From NCBI GenBank assembly GCA_051294375.1, contig CM119268.1, positions 12,655,770 through 12,719,769 of the forward strand: 64,000 bases of DNA, written 5' to 3'. Each line of letters starts with the position of its first letter. Position 1 is the stretch's first letter. Shown in pieces: positions 47,816 to 62,129 of the stretch. Origin of the DNA: Paraspadella gotoi. Its lineage: Eukaryota; Animalia; Chaetognatha. The notes beneath the pieces were generated by a model, which was not told the DNA's origin, searched no databases, and worked only from the letters and a program-made list of their open reading frames with translations. The position numbers and the translations under genes were made by a program.

Positions 47816-49715
47816 GCGAGAGCGAGAGCCTTTCCCCACCGCCAACTCGGTCAATATCGCGTTTCTCTTTCTGTCTCGCCCTTGGAGCCAGGGTTTTTCT
47901 TTCCGTCCCTCAGCCTTGGTTTCTGATCTTCCAGTCTTTTCTTTTCAAGTTCCCGAGAAAGTTATTCCTCCGTCTTCGATAAAGTAGTTATTTTATGGCG
48001 CATAACTGTTATGAATAAATCATAATAATCGATGACGTTTTCGTGTTTTCGTCTCTCTATTTTATGAGTTGGGGGATTGGCGCGATAATGCATCAAGGTT
48101 CTCATTTTTTTTTTTCAAAACTTTTATTTTATTCATAGTATTTAATCATCGATGTTTGTACTTTTCTTTAGCCACAACGACTCGCTCACGTTGGACATAT
48201 CGTGATTTTGATTTAAGTAGCTTAACAAATGCACTTTAAACTTCTCCCATCGTTAAGTTGTCCGTGCGACGGCGCGCTCGACGTAGAACCCTAGACATAA
48301 AATCCTCGTTACGGTGTTCTGTTAAAAGATAAGGGGACACTTCTCAAACCCCGACATGTTTCTCTACAGCGGGAAGAGTCTTTAATGGTGACGATAACCG
48401 AGCCAGGCTGGCGGGGGAGCGCGTCGAGCCGGCAGTTGGGTGAGAGGAGAGGGCCTGGGGTGGTGACTTGGGGTGAAATAAAACCCCGGGAAATAAGGAT
48501 GGTCGAATTCTCGACTGATTCATCAGATGTTGCAACTTGCGAAAAGGGAGATTGGAATTAGGAGGTGAATAAATTTCGAAATGGGGTTGGATAGACTCGA
48601 GTAGCGTCAGGTTTAAACCCCAAGAGATTCGGCGGCGGTGGCGGCGGCGGCGGCGGAGTTCTGTAGGCGGCGGTGGCCGGCGTCGCCCTCTTTTTCCACT
48701 TCTTTGTCGAGTTTTTACACGCGCTTTTAAACTCGCTTTTAAGCTCTCGCTCGAAAAAAAAAATATAAGCTAAAATTTCTTTCCGCTCCTTTTTTATTTT
48801 CAGCGTCTCCCTCTCCTTTACACGAAGAAAAATAAAAGAAACAAAACGGGGTAAAGTAAACACGTTTTCCTTCTAGTCTCTCGCCCATTCTTTTTCTTCT
48901 TTATTTTTTCACCTTTGACTTTTTCTACATCTAACTCATTTTTCGTCCTCCCATCCTCCTTTTTATCTTGGTCCCAGTATTTCGTTTGTTTTTGTCTTTA
49001 ATCTTTGTTAGCTTTTTCTTTGTCCTTTTTAAAATACTCATTTTTTTTTTCTTTCCTTGATTTTTCCCCGTCGATCTATTCTAGTTTTCCGACCCCTTAA
49101 ACTTTGGGACCAATTTTTCTTCAGTATCTTAGTCTTCCCATTGCTTTTTACTTTCCTAAAGTTGCGCAACAGTGATATCTTATGTCGTTTATTCTTTTCC
49201 AGTTTAGTTTCATAGTCTTGGTTCTTCTTTCCTTCTCTCGTTTAACCGATCATCGTAATTCGATTAAGAGATCGACTCCTTCCTTCTTTTCCTTTTTCTT
49301 TTCTTTTTCTTTCTTTTTCTCCCTTTGCTTCCTTTTTTTTTCCGTTTTCTCCCCAGGCTTCTCTGCCCACCGAACCATCGGTCATTCTCTTTCATATTTC
49401 TTTCGGCCTTTTTCTTTCTTTCGCCCAGTTCTTGCGTCTTTATCCTCAGCGACGATTGAGTTTTGTCTCTCTCTCTCTCTATCTCTCTCTCTCTATCTCT
49501 CTCTCTTTCCTTACCTTTCTTCCTCTCTAATCACCTCGAGTTTTCTCTCTTCTCTCACCTTCGTCATTACTTCTCTCTTCTTTCTCAAATTCTCGCCTTC
49601 AACATCTTTTTCTAATCTTTCCTTTAGTAAAGGCTTTACCAGACGCGTTTCCATAATCTCTTAGTAGCTTGCCTTTCTTTCTTTGACTCTTCCTTTCCAC
49701 TCCCAGTCTCGACCA

Positions 49716-49750
<35 letters not shown>

Positions 49751-51297
49751 TCTCCCCTCTTCCCCCTCTCCTCTTCCCTTTATTTCTATCAAATTTCCTT
49801 CTTCGATTTCGATTTTTTGTTTCTGATTTCTTTTCCGCTTCTATTGTTCTTTTTTTTTCTCGCTCGTAAGACATTTTCACGGAGCTTTTTCCGCTATCCG
49901 ATAGAGGGGGACTTTGGTGGCTGAGCCCGAGTGAACTTGGATGGGGAAGGCTGTCGGGTTCGAGCTCCGATCTCTGCTGGAATCGGAAGGATCAAGGAAG
50001 AGAAATATGAATGCAATTCATAGATCTTATCTATTATACCAATTTCATATAATATACTTGCATTATACATTATATATATGTATTGCATTCTTTTTAGTAG
50101 CTCAGTGTATTGTAAGAGCATGAGAAAAATATATATCTTTCCTACTTTTTATATTATTTTTTATTATTTTAATTTTATAAATGTCATACTCCTTTTTTGT
50201 CGCCTCGAGATCTTTTAAATCGAAACTGAATCAAAATTTAAGACGTAACTTTGTCTACGCTCCAGTGGTTAATGTAACGGTAATGTAACGGTAATGTATC
50301 AGGTCAATAAGTCTCAATAAATCTTCAATTTCAATACTTCTCAATGGAAAGGGAAAACTAAACGCGTATACATATTGAAATCAGTGAAAACTACCTACCA
50401 AGAAAAAAATGCCTCCCTAAACTGGGAAATCCTTTTCCATTTCCAATTTTTAATAAAAATTTTAAGAAATTTTAAAACTCTATCGATTTCTTTACTCCCC
50501 TCTAGATTGGCGGGGCCGGTGAGGGATTAGGAAAATTTAAAGGGTGGGGCTTACAATCGAGGTCTTTGTGCCCCCTTCCCGCCGCCTCCCTCCATCTTCA
50601 GACTCGACATTCCTCCGAAAACAAAGCAATATGCTTCTTGTAACCTCATTCTCGATCCTCGTTTCGGCTCCGTGATAATGACCTATAATAAGACTTTGAT
50701 TCGTTGCTCCTCCGTTTCCTCCTTTGTTTCTCCTCCTCCTCCGCTTCTTTCTCCTCCTCCTTCGCTTCTTCCTCCTCTTCCTCCTCCCTCGCCGCGCCCA
50801 GCGCCTCTCGTCCTTCCGACGAAATCGCGTTAAAACGTGTTTTCCTCTTTTTTCCCGGTTATAACCAACTTTCTCTCTCGCTCTCTCGCTGCTTTTCTTG
50901 GGATTTCTTGGATCTCTCTCTCTCTCTCTCTCTCTCTCCTCTCCCACCCTCCCTCCCCTCCATCTCCATCTCTCTTTTTTAATTCCTCCGTCATGCTTTT
51001 CCTCTTTCCTTATCTCTTCTTCGTTTCTCTCTCTCTCTCTTTTCCCTGTCTCCACCTCTCACATTTCACTCACTCTCCTCATTCCTCTCGGATATTTTAT
51101 TCGTTATTAATCTCCTTCTTTTCTGTTTTCGGCAAATCTTTTCTCCTCGCGTTTTTTTTTTTCATTTTTCATTTTTTTTTTTGTTTTCGTCGCAGCGAAT
51201 ATTTTTTATTTTTGGCGGCATTTTGGGTCGTAACCACGTGACGCTCCATCGCCGAAAGACGTCTTTCACTATTATTTGGCGTGCTTTCTTTCTCTCT

Positions 51298-51330
<33 letters not shown>

Positions 51331-54300
51331 TCTCTCTCTCTTCTCTCTCTCTCTTCTCTCAATTTCCGCTTTCATTATTTTGAAAAAAAGAAAAAAAAAA
51401 ACATCAAAAAGAAAAGATGGAAAGACTCGGGGAGGGGGGAGAGAGAGAAGGGGGTTGCTTCGATCTTCGTCATCAATCATAGTTTCTCTACGTCGTTGTT
51501 TTGTTTGTTTTTGTTTTCGAACGAAGAAACAGAATTAGCTTTCCTACGAATCTTTTCTGAATTTTCTTTTCTTTTTCTTTTTTTTTTCCTTTTTTTCTTT
51601 GTCGTTTGTGCCGCAGAGAGAGAGAGAGAGAGTGAGAGATAGAGAGAGAGAGAGAGATGGCGGGGAGATTGGCGCGTTTGGGTGGCAATCTCCATTTGCG
51701 GGAATTATCGCTTAGGGCCTCTTTGTGACGACGTGAGTCTTTTGTTGGAAATTTGATTAGGGACTCCGTAATTGAGCGTTTCATCCACCGTCGCCAACGA
51801 TTGAGACGACGACGTTGACGACGACGATCACGACGACGATCACGACGACGATCACGACGACGATCACGACGACGAAAAACGACGACGGCGACGGTGATTG
51901 GACGAAAGATTTAAATATTTTCTCCTTTTCAAATTCGCATCCAAAGACTGGGATGAATTTCGTCGCCAACATCCGGAGACGCAACCGATTGTTGGGGGAG
52001 ATGACGATTTTTGAACGGAACTCCGACGATGACAGCGACATCTTTGATCACGGCGTAGGAGACGTCCATGTAATATAGAGAGTGCAAAGCTGAAATTCAC
52101 GACTTCCGTCGAGATGGAAAAGTTCGTAATCGATGGCTAATGGAAGGGATTGCAGCGGCGCCTCACCAAGTTCACGGACTTTGGACGTCGTGATCGCGCT
52201 TATCACGAAATTGCCATTAATGATGAGACTCAGCGTGAAGGTTGATGACGGCGGACTGTCACTATTCACTGACACTATGCAACTCTCGGAGACTCGTCGA
52301 ATCACTTTCGACGTTAAATTAAATTTTTTCACAACTAATTTTAAAAAAAAGACATATTGTGGACAGAACAAGATTTTATTCTTCAACAAGGTTAATAACG
52401 ATAACAATAAAAAGCTCGGATGCTAAGTCTATAACAATGGATAATTACAAAGTCAAAGTTGACCAGAAAGAGAATGAGAGAAAACGAATGAGGGTAGGTT
52501 GGTAACGATAGGTTGCGTTTTGTTGTTGTTGTTGTTGATGATCCACAAAAGTTTTTTTATTCATGAATAAAACGCCGAAATATCTTCTGACTCAAAAGCC
52601 AAAACCTAAGGATTCCTGTATATATAAATTCCTCGAGAAAAGAAACCACTACTATGGTGGTGGTTTCTTAACACTTTTCAACAAGAGTAACTCGAACACA
52701 TTGTGAATATATCCACGATCGATATTACTTTGAAAAAAAAAGAAAAACGAAACATAAAAAACCATCACCAACGTTGGGTCACAAATCACGACTCGTTACG
52801 ACCTTCTCATGACAAAAGCGGATGAGCCGAAGCCAAAAAAGAAATCCAATGATTGACGATAACATAAATCTCCTTGAAAACAAAACAATTATTAAGACGA
52901 CGATAAAGAAAAGAGAAGTGATAGCTTAACAACTTCTTCGGAGGATGACTGAGCAAAAGAGCGAAGACGAAACGGGGTCGATATAACCGCTTTTTTTTCT
53001 TTATTTTTGTTTCATAGCTATAATGCGAACTATTGAACGTGACTGTATAACAGTATGACACTATCAAGATTCAGAGAGCAAGTTAGGCAAGACTCAATCG
53101 CGCATATAGCTTTCCACCAAGTACCTAAAAAAAGTGTTGGAAAAGTCGCGTTATTTTTTATGATATTGAAGACGATAAAAGGATTTACGTCTTGACACGG
53201 AATCAACAAACGCCATTGTCGCTTTTTCTGGCTCTCAAGGCGCCGCCACCACAAGGAGAACCACGACTGCTTCCGTTATTGCACAATCTTGGCTACGAAC
53301 CGCATTGGCCCTCGCCGACGCCTTCTCCGCCGCCTTCGCCGCCGCCATTCCCCCTTTTCTCCTTCCTTTCCATCGGCTTCGCTTGAATCCCATAACCTGG
53401 TTCCGGTAAATTATGCAAAGTTTAGAATCGCGTACGAGGTTTGTTTACTTTTCCGCTTCTCTCGGAATTCAAGGTCGCCGGTTCAATCCCGGACTCCCTC
53501 CGATGTTTATTTTATATTTTTGCATTATATAAAGCCCCTATCCATTTTTTGGGGATTGATCCATAACGTATTCTCTTAGTCTACTTTTGCTCTAATGCTT
53601 CGGCATATCCATAGCCAAATAAAAGCCTGTCAGTAGATAAATCTACTAAGAATGCCGCTCTAATGTAATGAGGTAATGTAATAATATAATGAGGTTTCTA
53701 TTGATATGAGACAATTCCTTTAAAAATTTTAAAAGTCAATTTTCTGTTTTCCTTATAAAACCTAATCTCAAAAACAAAACATCTCATGATTAATTTATTC
53801 GTTAATCAAATGTTCGCCGACAGAGTATTTTTCCGCATCATGATCGATGACATATTCCCCATGGTTTTTTTTTTGTCCATATTTGATGCCGAGATTTAAG
53901 GCGGGCGGCAGTTTGCAGATAAATCGCCCTCATCATAGTTTCAGTGGGGCGCTGGGTGAGAAAGCGCTTTACCCGTGAATATAAAGAGGTCGACTGCGTG
54001 AAGATTGAGTTGGGGGGTTAAGGAAATATTTCGGAGTATGCGAATGCGATGGGAATTGATACAAGGCGAGTCGAATGTGATTTTGTATGACGTGGAATAT
54101 GAAAGCGCTTGGATGTCTGTTTCGAAGCGAGAGTCAGCGAAGCAGATGGTTTGTTCTTCAGTCGCATCTTCTCGTTTCAAACTAGTTGGGTAAGCGTCTG
54201 TCGGCAGCCGGAAAAGTGAGTTATCTTCATGAGCCGAGCGAGAGAGAGGGAGAGAGGGGAGAGGGAGAGAATGATTTTTGCGGCATATGTTGTTTGCAAA

Positions 54301-55245
54301 ATAATAAAAAAAAAAAAGCAACGAAGCCTGAAAGCGTGAAAACCCGGCGATTAGTTCGAGGAGGTTTTGAGCTTTAATTAGAAATGGTTTGTTTCATCTC
54401 CCAGGATTTATAAATTGTTTATACATTTCGTTTATGGAAACAAAGGTTAAGAAGAGAAAGGGGAAAACGTCTACTTCCCGATCCTGGCAACAGGATTAAG
54501 CGAGAACGCGCGACAGCGAGTCAGCGAGCGCGCGACAAAGCGAAACCGGGCGCCGATTATGGGCCCAAACTTCGACCTTTTGCATGAAAAATCGTCGATA
54601 TTTTCCAATCGGCTGGAAAACCAGTGGTGGGAGCCTGAATGCCGTTAGCTAAAAGCGGTTAGCCGAGACAAGTTAGCCGGAACGGGTCTCAAAGAAACGC
54701 CCTCTGGCAATGTGGGAAGGGTGTTATAACCAGGGAAGGAGAGTGACCCATGGGGGATTTGGTCCATGATTTTTTTTGGGACGGGGTTGGAGTAAGGAGA
54801 GGTTTTCAGTGGAGATTTTCCGATCCCCGCGTCTGACCTTTTTTTTCTTTCTCGGCCGAAAAAAAAAATCGGATGAGCGTTTCCGAGAAATTATTTCGAA
54901 TTCAATTTTGGAAGCTGCGAATCCAGTTCTTTTTGTGGCGTGAGAGAGAGAGAGAGAGAGAGAGATGTTTTTAGGTCGTTTCGACCGAGCGTGGTTGCAC
55001 GTGCGAACACGTGCGAGAGGGCGTGCGAACACGATGGGGATCGGAGATGCCGCCAGATTTTAGCACTTGAAGGAAGAAAAAATATAAGACCAGGTCCGTT
55101 TGAAATTTTGACGGAGCCAACTCACGATCTCACGTACTTTTGAAAACTTATTTGATTCGCGAGAATTGTCTAAATACCTTTTCAGTTCATCTTCGTAAGT
55201 ACTATTTGCATGTCTCGAAGTTAATTGTTTCAAAAGGTGCAATCT

Positions 55246-55974
55246 TGTGGCAGCAAGACTTAAAGCTGCCTCACTGCTGTCCGTCTCAGCCTTGTCTCAA
55301 TGGCTGAGCAGGCTAAATCATCTCATTCCATCCGTGCGTCCCGGGTTCAATCCCTGGGTATCCCGGTTCTGGCTTAAATGTGACGGTGCCGGTATAAACA
55401 TGCCAGTGACAGGAGGCGGTCACTGAGGGTCCGCAGCCCCTACGCCAGTTGGTGAGATACCCCGCGCCCCGGGTATCACAGGCTATCCTCCCGTTGCCAT
55501 AAGTGGTGAGCCCTACTCTCGAACACGCAACCGCTGCGCACCATGTGCCCACGCTTACGTCGCTTGGGGTATGCATGTCACGCTTATGCCCTACTTCTCT
55601 GGTAACGCTCCAGACTCGCTCGCTCGCTCGCTCTCACTATGGCAATGAGATCAAAACCTTCTCTCAGACATCTCCTCAGGATTGAGGCCCCTGTGGAGAA
55701 GTCTGGTGGGGGGATCCTGTGGCAGCAAGACTTAAAGCTGCCTCACTGCTGTCCGTCCTCAGCCTTGTCTCAATGGCTGAGCAGGCTAAATCATCTCATT
55801 CCATCCGTGCGTCCCGGGTTCAATCCCTGGGTATCCCGGTTCTGGCTTAAATGTGACGGTGCCGGTATAAACATGCCAGTGACAGGAGGCGGTCACTGAG
55901 GGTCCGCAGCCCCTACGCCAGTTGGTGAGATACCCCGCGCCCCGGGTATCACAGGCTATCCTCCCGTTGCCATA
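55246..55974 (+). mobile_element. Complete TRIM (non-autonomous mini LTR retrotransposon) with tRNA-like Pol III promoter in each LTR, subfamily A
   Basis: LTRs 55246-55501 and 55718-55974 differ by one base. Internal region 216 bp; PBS TGGTGAGCCCTAC at 55504; PPT-like GGTGGGGGGA at 55705-55714; ATCT TSD (55242-55245, 55975-55978). A box TGGCTGAGCAGG and B box GGTTCAATCC. Confidence 0.95.
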
Positions 55975-56392
55975 ATCTTTCATTTAAAATGAGACGAAAA
56001 ATTGTAAATGTGCAGACAGATGAGTTTTGTTTTAAACTTGTATATTCTAGACAAAAGTCCCTAAAAAAATGTTAAAATATTGTGATGAATTATCGAAAAA
56101 TAAATATTTTATTAATATAACTGTAAAATTATATACTAATATAATCGCCGCATATTGTGCACGTAAATCGGCCGGATATCGCGCAGCGCGCCTCCGCAGC
56201 GCGTCAGCCGCACACCGGCGCCGAAAACGCTGCGGCGAAGCGTCGGCGCGAACAAGGCGCGATAGGGGGCGCCTTTCTCCGGATCTGGGAGACGGCACGC
56301 CCACTTTCCCCGACGGCGTTAACAGCCACGCCCTCTTCCGGGAAAGGGCGTCGCCAACAAATCGTTCGTAGATTGAAAATCTTCGCTTTTGT

Positions 56393-56436
<44 letters not shown>

Positions 56437-57707
56437 AGGCGAGAGAAGAGGTAAGAATCTTAAGATAGAGGTGAAAAGATGAGCAAATGAAAGCCGAACT
56501 GAGGTGTTGCGTGAAAATGTAATTAGGAAAGACTTTGTAATTAAGTATTGGAATCAATGTTAAAATACGCAGTATCAAATATGTATTAAAAATTATTATA
56601 ACTTTTATATTTCTTGTACCAATTTCATAAATTATATAAAATAAATTTGTTTTCGAAATTTTCAAATGAATAGATTTGTTATTCATTTCAACGTTGAGAT
56701 CGCAAAAAGGGGGCAGATGGGCGCGAGTTCGGTTTTGGTTTTATTTTCACGCCGAACTCCTCGTGAAATTTTATCACGGGGCGAATGAAAAGGTCAAATC
56801 TTTAAAATTGGCGTCTGTTGGCTCTTGACTTTTATATCCTCGCCATATATTTTTTCTTGGAAAGTCTTCTCACTTTTATCGGTCACCCTCTTCGTAACTC
56901 GATTGTCTTCATTGCCACGCCGTCAGTTTCCGGTCGTGGCAGCCCTTATCTCCTTCATCCGTTGCTTGAAACAACTGTGTACGCCGACATTTTTTTTTCT
57001 CTCACGGCAGTGACGCGTCGAGTTTCGCTGATAGCGCCGAGTAAAAATATTTCACGCCACAATTTCTCCGTCATTCCAGTGAGAAATCGCAAATCTCGGT
57101 TTTCCCTTTAGAAGACTTTCAGATTCGATTACTGAAATTCACAATTTCATTGCGAATTCGAAATTTCATTTCAATTTTTTTCCCCTCCAATGAATTCTCT
57201 CTTGAATTTCCGGTTTTATTGGTTGTTGTAATCTGATTATATCTTCTTAAGCTTTATATGATTCAATCTTTTCCGTCGGATTGCATCTTAATGATTGCTC
57301 AAATGATTTCGGCTTTTTAATGGCGTCGAAAATCGTGCAAATGCGTCAAGGGTCGAAAACCCCGATACCTAAGTATCGTTTTGACCGACGTCGTTTTTAG
57401 AAGCAAAATAGCTAATTGATTATCAAAAAAGCTATTTTGTTTTCCCACTCAAGCTCTTCTCTAAAGTTTTCTTAAGTGCCTTTCTATATTAACTATTTTC
57501 TCCTCTCTTTCCTTTCTCTTCTCCTCTTCCTCTGCCTTCAAAAGATTTTCATTACGAGTTTCCTCAGTCGTTTCAACACCCGCAACTTTCCTCACCTTAC
57601 TCTCTAAACCCCCCTCCTCGAAAAAGTAGCCAATTCCCTCGCACGAGCCTCGACCCACCGTCGAGCGTGACACTAAAGCCACGTGACTCTTCAACGCGCG
57701 AGAACCT

Positions 57708-57721
57708 GTCACCATGGCAAC
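57708..57721. promoter_or_regulatory. RFX X-box
   Basis: GTCACCATGGCAAC is a perfect consensus match, near a CACGTG in a CpG-rich patch. Confidence 0.45.
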
Positions 57722-57861
57722 GAATTTAAGTGTCGAAATCCGTTCCCTTGACAACGCGGTAACCACGTTGGAATTGTGAAAGGCCAAAGAGAGGAGAGAA
57801 GAGGAGGGGGGAACCGGCAGGGGGGGGAAGGACCAAAGTTGGCCGACGTTTCAAAGTAAAA

Positions 57862-57919
<58 letters not shown>

Positions 57920-58839
57920 TAGCCTACATCGCTGAAAGCCCAAAAGGTGAGAGAGGGTCAAAGTATAGAGAGGTAGAGATTTTCAGAGACGAGGTGTCTC
58001 GCCTAGAGGGCTGACCTGGATCTAAGAAAGCCTGGATTATTCATCGAGGAGGAAAGAGAAGCTAATGGTAATGGGTTGGATTAATGAGACAAATGGAAGC
58101 GCCTCTGATGGTCGTGATTGTGTCCGAGTAGGTCGGGCGAGAAAGGAATGCTCGGCGGCCTTTTTACTTTCGATTGAAGATGAGTTGACTTGAGGGTAGG
58201 TTAGTCACTAACGCGGGTGTGCAGATGGTAATCAGGGGCAGTGTAGATTTGTCGGTGTCCGCCATTTTTGTTAGCTTCTTAGGCGACGGCAGCGACGCGG
58301 AGCGAAAAAGGGAATTAATGTTTATTGCGGTTTTCGTGTTTGTTTTCGTCGGCCATCTTGTCTTTATGCGATTTTCGGGAGGAAAAGGGATGTTTCGTTT
58401 GATTTTGGGCTTCCGAGGTCCCGACTCCCTTACCCACCGCGGAGCCGGAACGCGAAGATTAATCTCGATCCATTTCTTTAACTTACCTCCGGGGAGTCGG
58501 TTCTGTTTATTTTCGAATGAAACAAAAAGTTTGCGCGTCGTAAAAAGGAGAAAGTTGTCGAGTGGTTGTCTGAAAAGTTTCCCCCCCTTTTCGCTTCTTA
58601 AGAAACCAACTGGCAGGAAATCCAAGGATATTCACGTCCAATCTCATTACTCGTCCAACCCACGCATCGCTTGATACCCGCGAATGCGGGTAAGTCACTC
58701 CGAGGAAAAACTTTTTTTTTTGTTTTTGAGGATTTAACGTGAAGAGAACTCACCGGATTTCTGAAAACCCCAAAAAATTGAAAAAAAAAAAAATTTTTTG
58801 AAAAGAATGAAATAAAACTGGAAATTCTGAGAGTTTTTT

Positions 58840-58885
<46 letters not shown>

Positions 58886-60398
58886 GTCTCCTTCTCCCGC
58901 CCATTTCCCGCCCCCTCTATTTTTCTCCTTTCGTTCCCGATTGTAAACGACGAACGCCTTGTTGAAATTGAAATTGCCAGTTGCAGCAAAAGGGTTTGCG
59001 GCGGCGATGAAAATTACAGCTCATAAAGTCCGAACTCGAGAAGATGGAAGAAAAAATGGGGGCTCTATTTTCAGAAAGCGCCCCATTTGTTTCTTATATG
59101 AATTAATATAAAAATTATCCATTCATTTAATAAATAAGTTATCTTGCCCTAGACTTTGGACAGGCTTTGGTGGTTTAAGGCCTCCATCACTCTTACAAGA
59201 TGTAAATATAATTTTAACATTATATTATATATTATTATATATATATAATTTTTAACCTTTTGTACTTTAATCCTTAATTATAATCTTTAATCTTTAATTC
59301 TCATATTTTAATAATAAACTTTAATCTTTAAACTAACCTTAGTTAAAACACTACCTAACTCAATTTAAGCTGAAATGGGGAACTTTCGGAAAAGATGATC
59401 AAGAAAGCGAGACGGTGGAGATCGAAACGAGAATTTTTCTGGGCGAAAAAAAAATATTAAAAAAATAATGGAATTCGTTTTTCTAGAACGAAGGGAAAAT
59501 TAGGAAGGGAAACGGGAAGACGAAATGTCTGAGCCTCTGATACGAAAACGATTGACGGGAAAGATTTCCAGATTCTTAGAAGCTGGAGTTGGGGGGGGGG
59601 GAAAGGAGGCGGAGAGGGGGTGTGGCTGGTTCAGTTGTTGGCATCCAAGCTGTTAGTGAATTTTCTTGAGCGAATCAGTTATCGTCATTATTTTCGCTTT
59701 TTCTACAATTTCTAACTATTTCCTTTCCTTTTCTTTATGGAAAGTAAAAACCTGGGATCCAGTAAAAAGTCCTATTCACATTAGTTTCTGTTACTCCACG
59801 ACAAATCACTTTTATCGCAAAAACAAAGTTAAATCGTGCTTCGATCGATTTTTTCGTTCCATTCGAAAAAAAAATGCGGGTAGAAAAAAAAATCGTGAAA
59901 ATTAAAAGTGAATGTTAGCAAATGAACTAAAACGTGGCCATTAATAAGGGAGCGCGCGAAATCCGTAATGAACGGGGGAACGGACCGCGTCACGTCAATG
60001 GCTCCCATAATTGGCCCCACGTCAACGCCTCCAAATGACGCGGGAGAATCCATCGAGTATTGATTGACGTTAAAAAAAATAAATTCAATCAATACTAAAA
60101 CGAGGAGTTGATGTTTTGACTCAGAACGGGCCGAGGATAAATTTCTTCTTTTTTTTTTCCTATGTATATAACTTCGACAAAAAATTATTCGACGGCAGGA
60201 AAAAAAAAATAAAGAATTGATAAGAAACTGTGAGCCTTCGCTCCATCGAAGACATGGGGCGGAAAGAGAGCGATAGAGAAGGAAATAGCTGAGGGGGGCG
60301 GAAGAGTTTCGACTTTTAAAATGAAATGTCAAAGCCGTTCCTGTTTTTCCAACCGAACTCCTATTTTGCTTTATTTCTCTCGCTTTTATCGTCGGCAC

Positions 60399-60436
<38 letters not shown>

Positions 60437-62129
60437 GCTTCCAGATGTTTTACCTTTGATGTTTTTTAAAAATTTCTTTCGTGGGTTTAATTATTCGCTT
60501 CGCTTCCTCCGCCTCCCCCCCCCCGCCTTTTTGTGCTTCTCGTCAACATGTGTTCGTCTGTTAATTTATGAGATTCACAAATTGGAGCGAAGAAACAAAG
60601 ATGTGCCCACGAGAGACAAAAAAAAAAAAGTTTGGGGACGTTTAAGACCACCGAGGACGATTGGTGCCGGGGAAAGAGAGATAACGGGCGGAGATAACGG
60701 AAAGCGAAAGAGAATGAAATCTCGTTTGTAGGACTTTCTGTTTCAAGTTTGGCAAATGTTGACGTTGCCCGTTACATTCTAATATCATGTTGCGAGGAGT
60801 AGGTCGACTTGGCTATTTGTATTTGTATTTGAATTAAGGAAGGAACTTTTGAAGCAACCAAGAATGAGATTGAGTTCATCAATCTCATTTGCATATTGTC
60901 GTGTTGACATTGATTTGTCCTAAATTCTGTTCCTGTGTCATTTCATGGTCTCATTTCACTTTTGTCACAAGTGTAGCAATTGCTGATAATTATTATTAAT
61001 TGTTGTTCAACAAGTAAGTTAATTGGCATATTAATTAGGAATACTACTAGAGCTAAGTATACTGTTATTTTAGGACCATTTAGCTCCCTTACAGACAAAA
61101 AACCAGGACTTTGCACAAAATTTCTTTCTTTCGCGATTATTCGTCTCAATTTCTTCATCCGATTCTCGTCTCTCTGTAACTCTTCTCGACAAAAAAAAAT
61201 TAAGGTGACGCCCTCAATTTAAGTGAGGGCGACCTCAACCAGCTGGCCCGGAATAGCGAACTTGGAAGAGCTTGGGTTTCATAAGATCGATTATACGAAG
61301 TGAGAGGATTCCCATGATGATTTTCAAAAAAAAAAAAAACAATCGGAATAACGATTACTAATCGATTTAATTGTAATGGTAATCTCGTGCCGTCAACCGT
61401 TATAACTCCATTTCCTATTGTTTTATTTCAATTTTTAATCATTTTCCTCCCATCAACTTATTTTCTTTTATTTAATTTTCACTGTCATGATAAAAAAAAA
61501 CACAGTTTATAATTATTTTCATTTCTCGGAAATTTCTAGCACGATTTCAGTTGAAAAAAAATCAATTTAATAAAACTCCTCGGAATAAAAAATAAAAGGA
61601 GAACAACTCCCTTTTTCTCTCCCTCTCTCCATGAGACAATATCTCGCTCTCTCTCCCGCTATCTTTGTCTCTCACTCACTCTCTCTCGCTCTCTCTTTGT
61701 CTCTCTCTCTCTATCTCGCCGCGACGCGAGGAGATAAAGATTAAAAATGAAAAGTGATCCTTTGAAAGCGAAGGAAAAAACTCAATCAGGCCGACGGATT
61801 CCCATCAACATTGGCGCGACGACGACGACGACGGCGACGACGACGGCGACGACGACATCCTCGACAACAACTTCCGCTTCGCCCGCCAGATGACGCATTA
61901 AACACGCGAGACAGAGAGCGCGCGCATTAGAGACAGTGACGAAGAAATCCGTTCCACTCCCCCCCCCCTCCCGTCCCCTCATTTTCACGCTCCCCTTCGC
62001 GCCTTTCACCGCGCGTCCATGCGCACACGTGAGAAACGCGAAACGATAAACGAGTCCTCGGTATAAAATCAACAAAAGAACACAGTCTCTGTTCATCTGC
62101 CTATAAAAAAAATTTTAAAAAACACACAA

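Noticed and set aside
52048-52407. 119-aa minus-strand ORF with protein-like composition
   Set aside because: No recognisable motif, ATG start or convincing splice partners; cannot be supported without a search.
52640-52669. Isolated hairpin AAGAAACCAC...GTGGTTTCTT
   Set aside because: Single short palindrome with no associated element ends.
55290-55360. tRNA gene, or a plain tRNA-derived SINE
   Set aside because: A/B boxes and T-arm are present but acceptor and anticodon stems do not pair. The unit has LTR ends, fixed 4-bp TSDs, PBS and PPT, and no tail.
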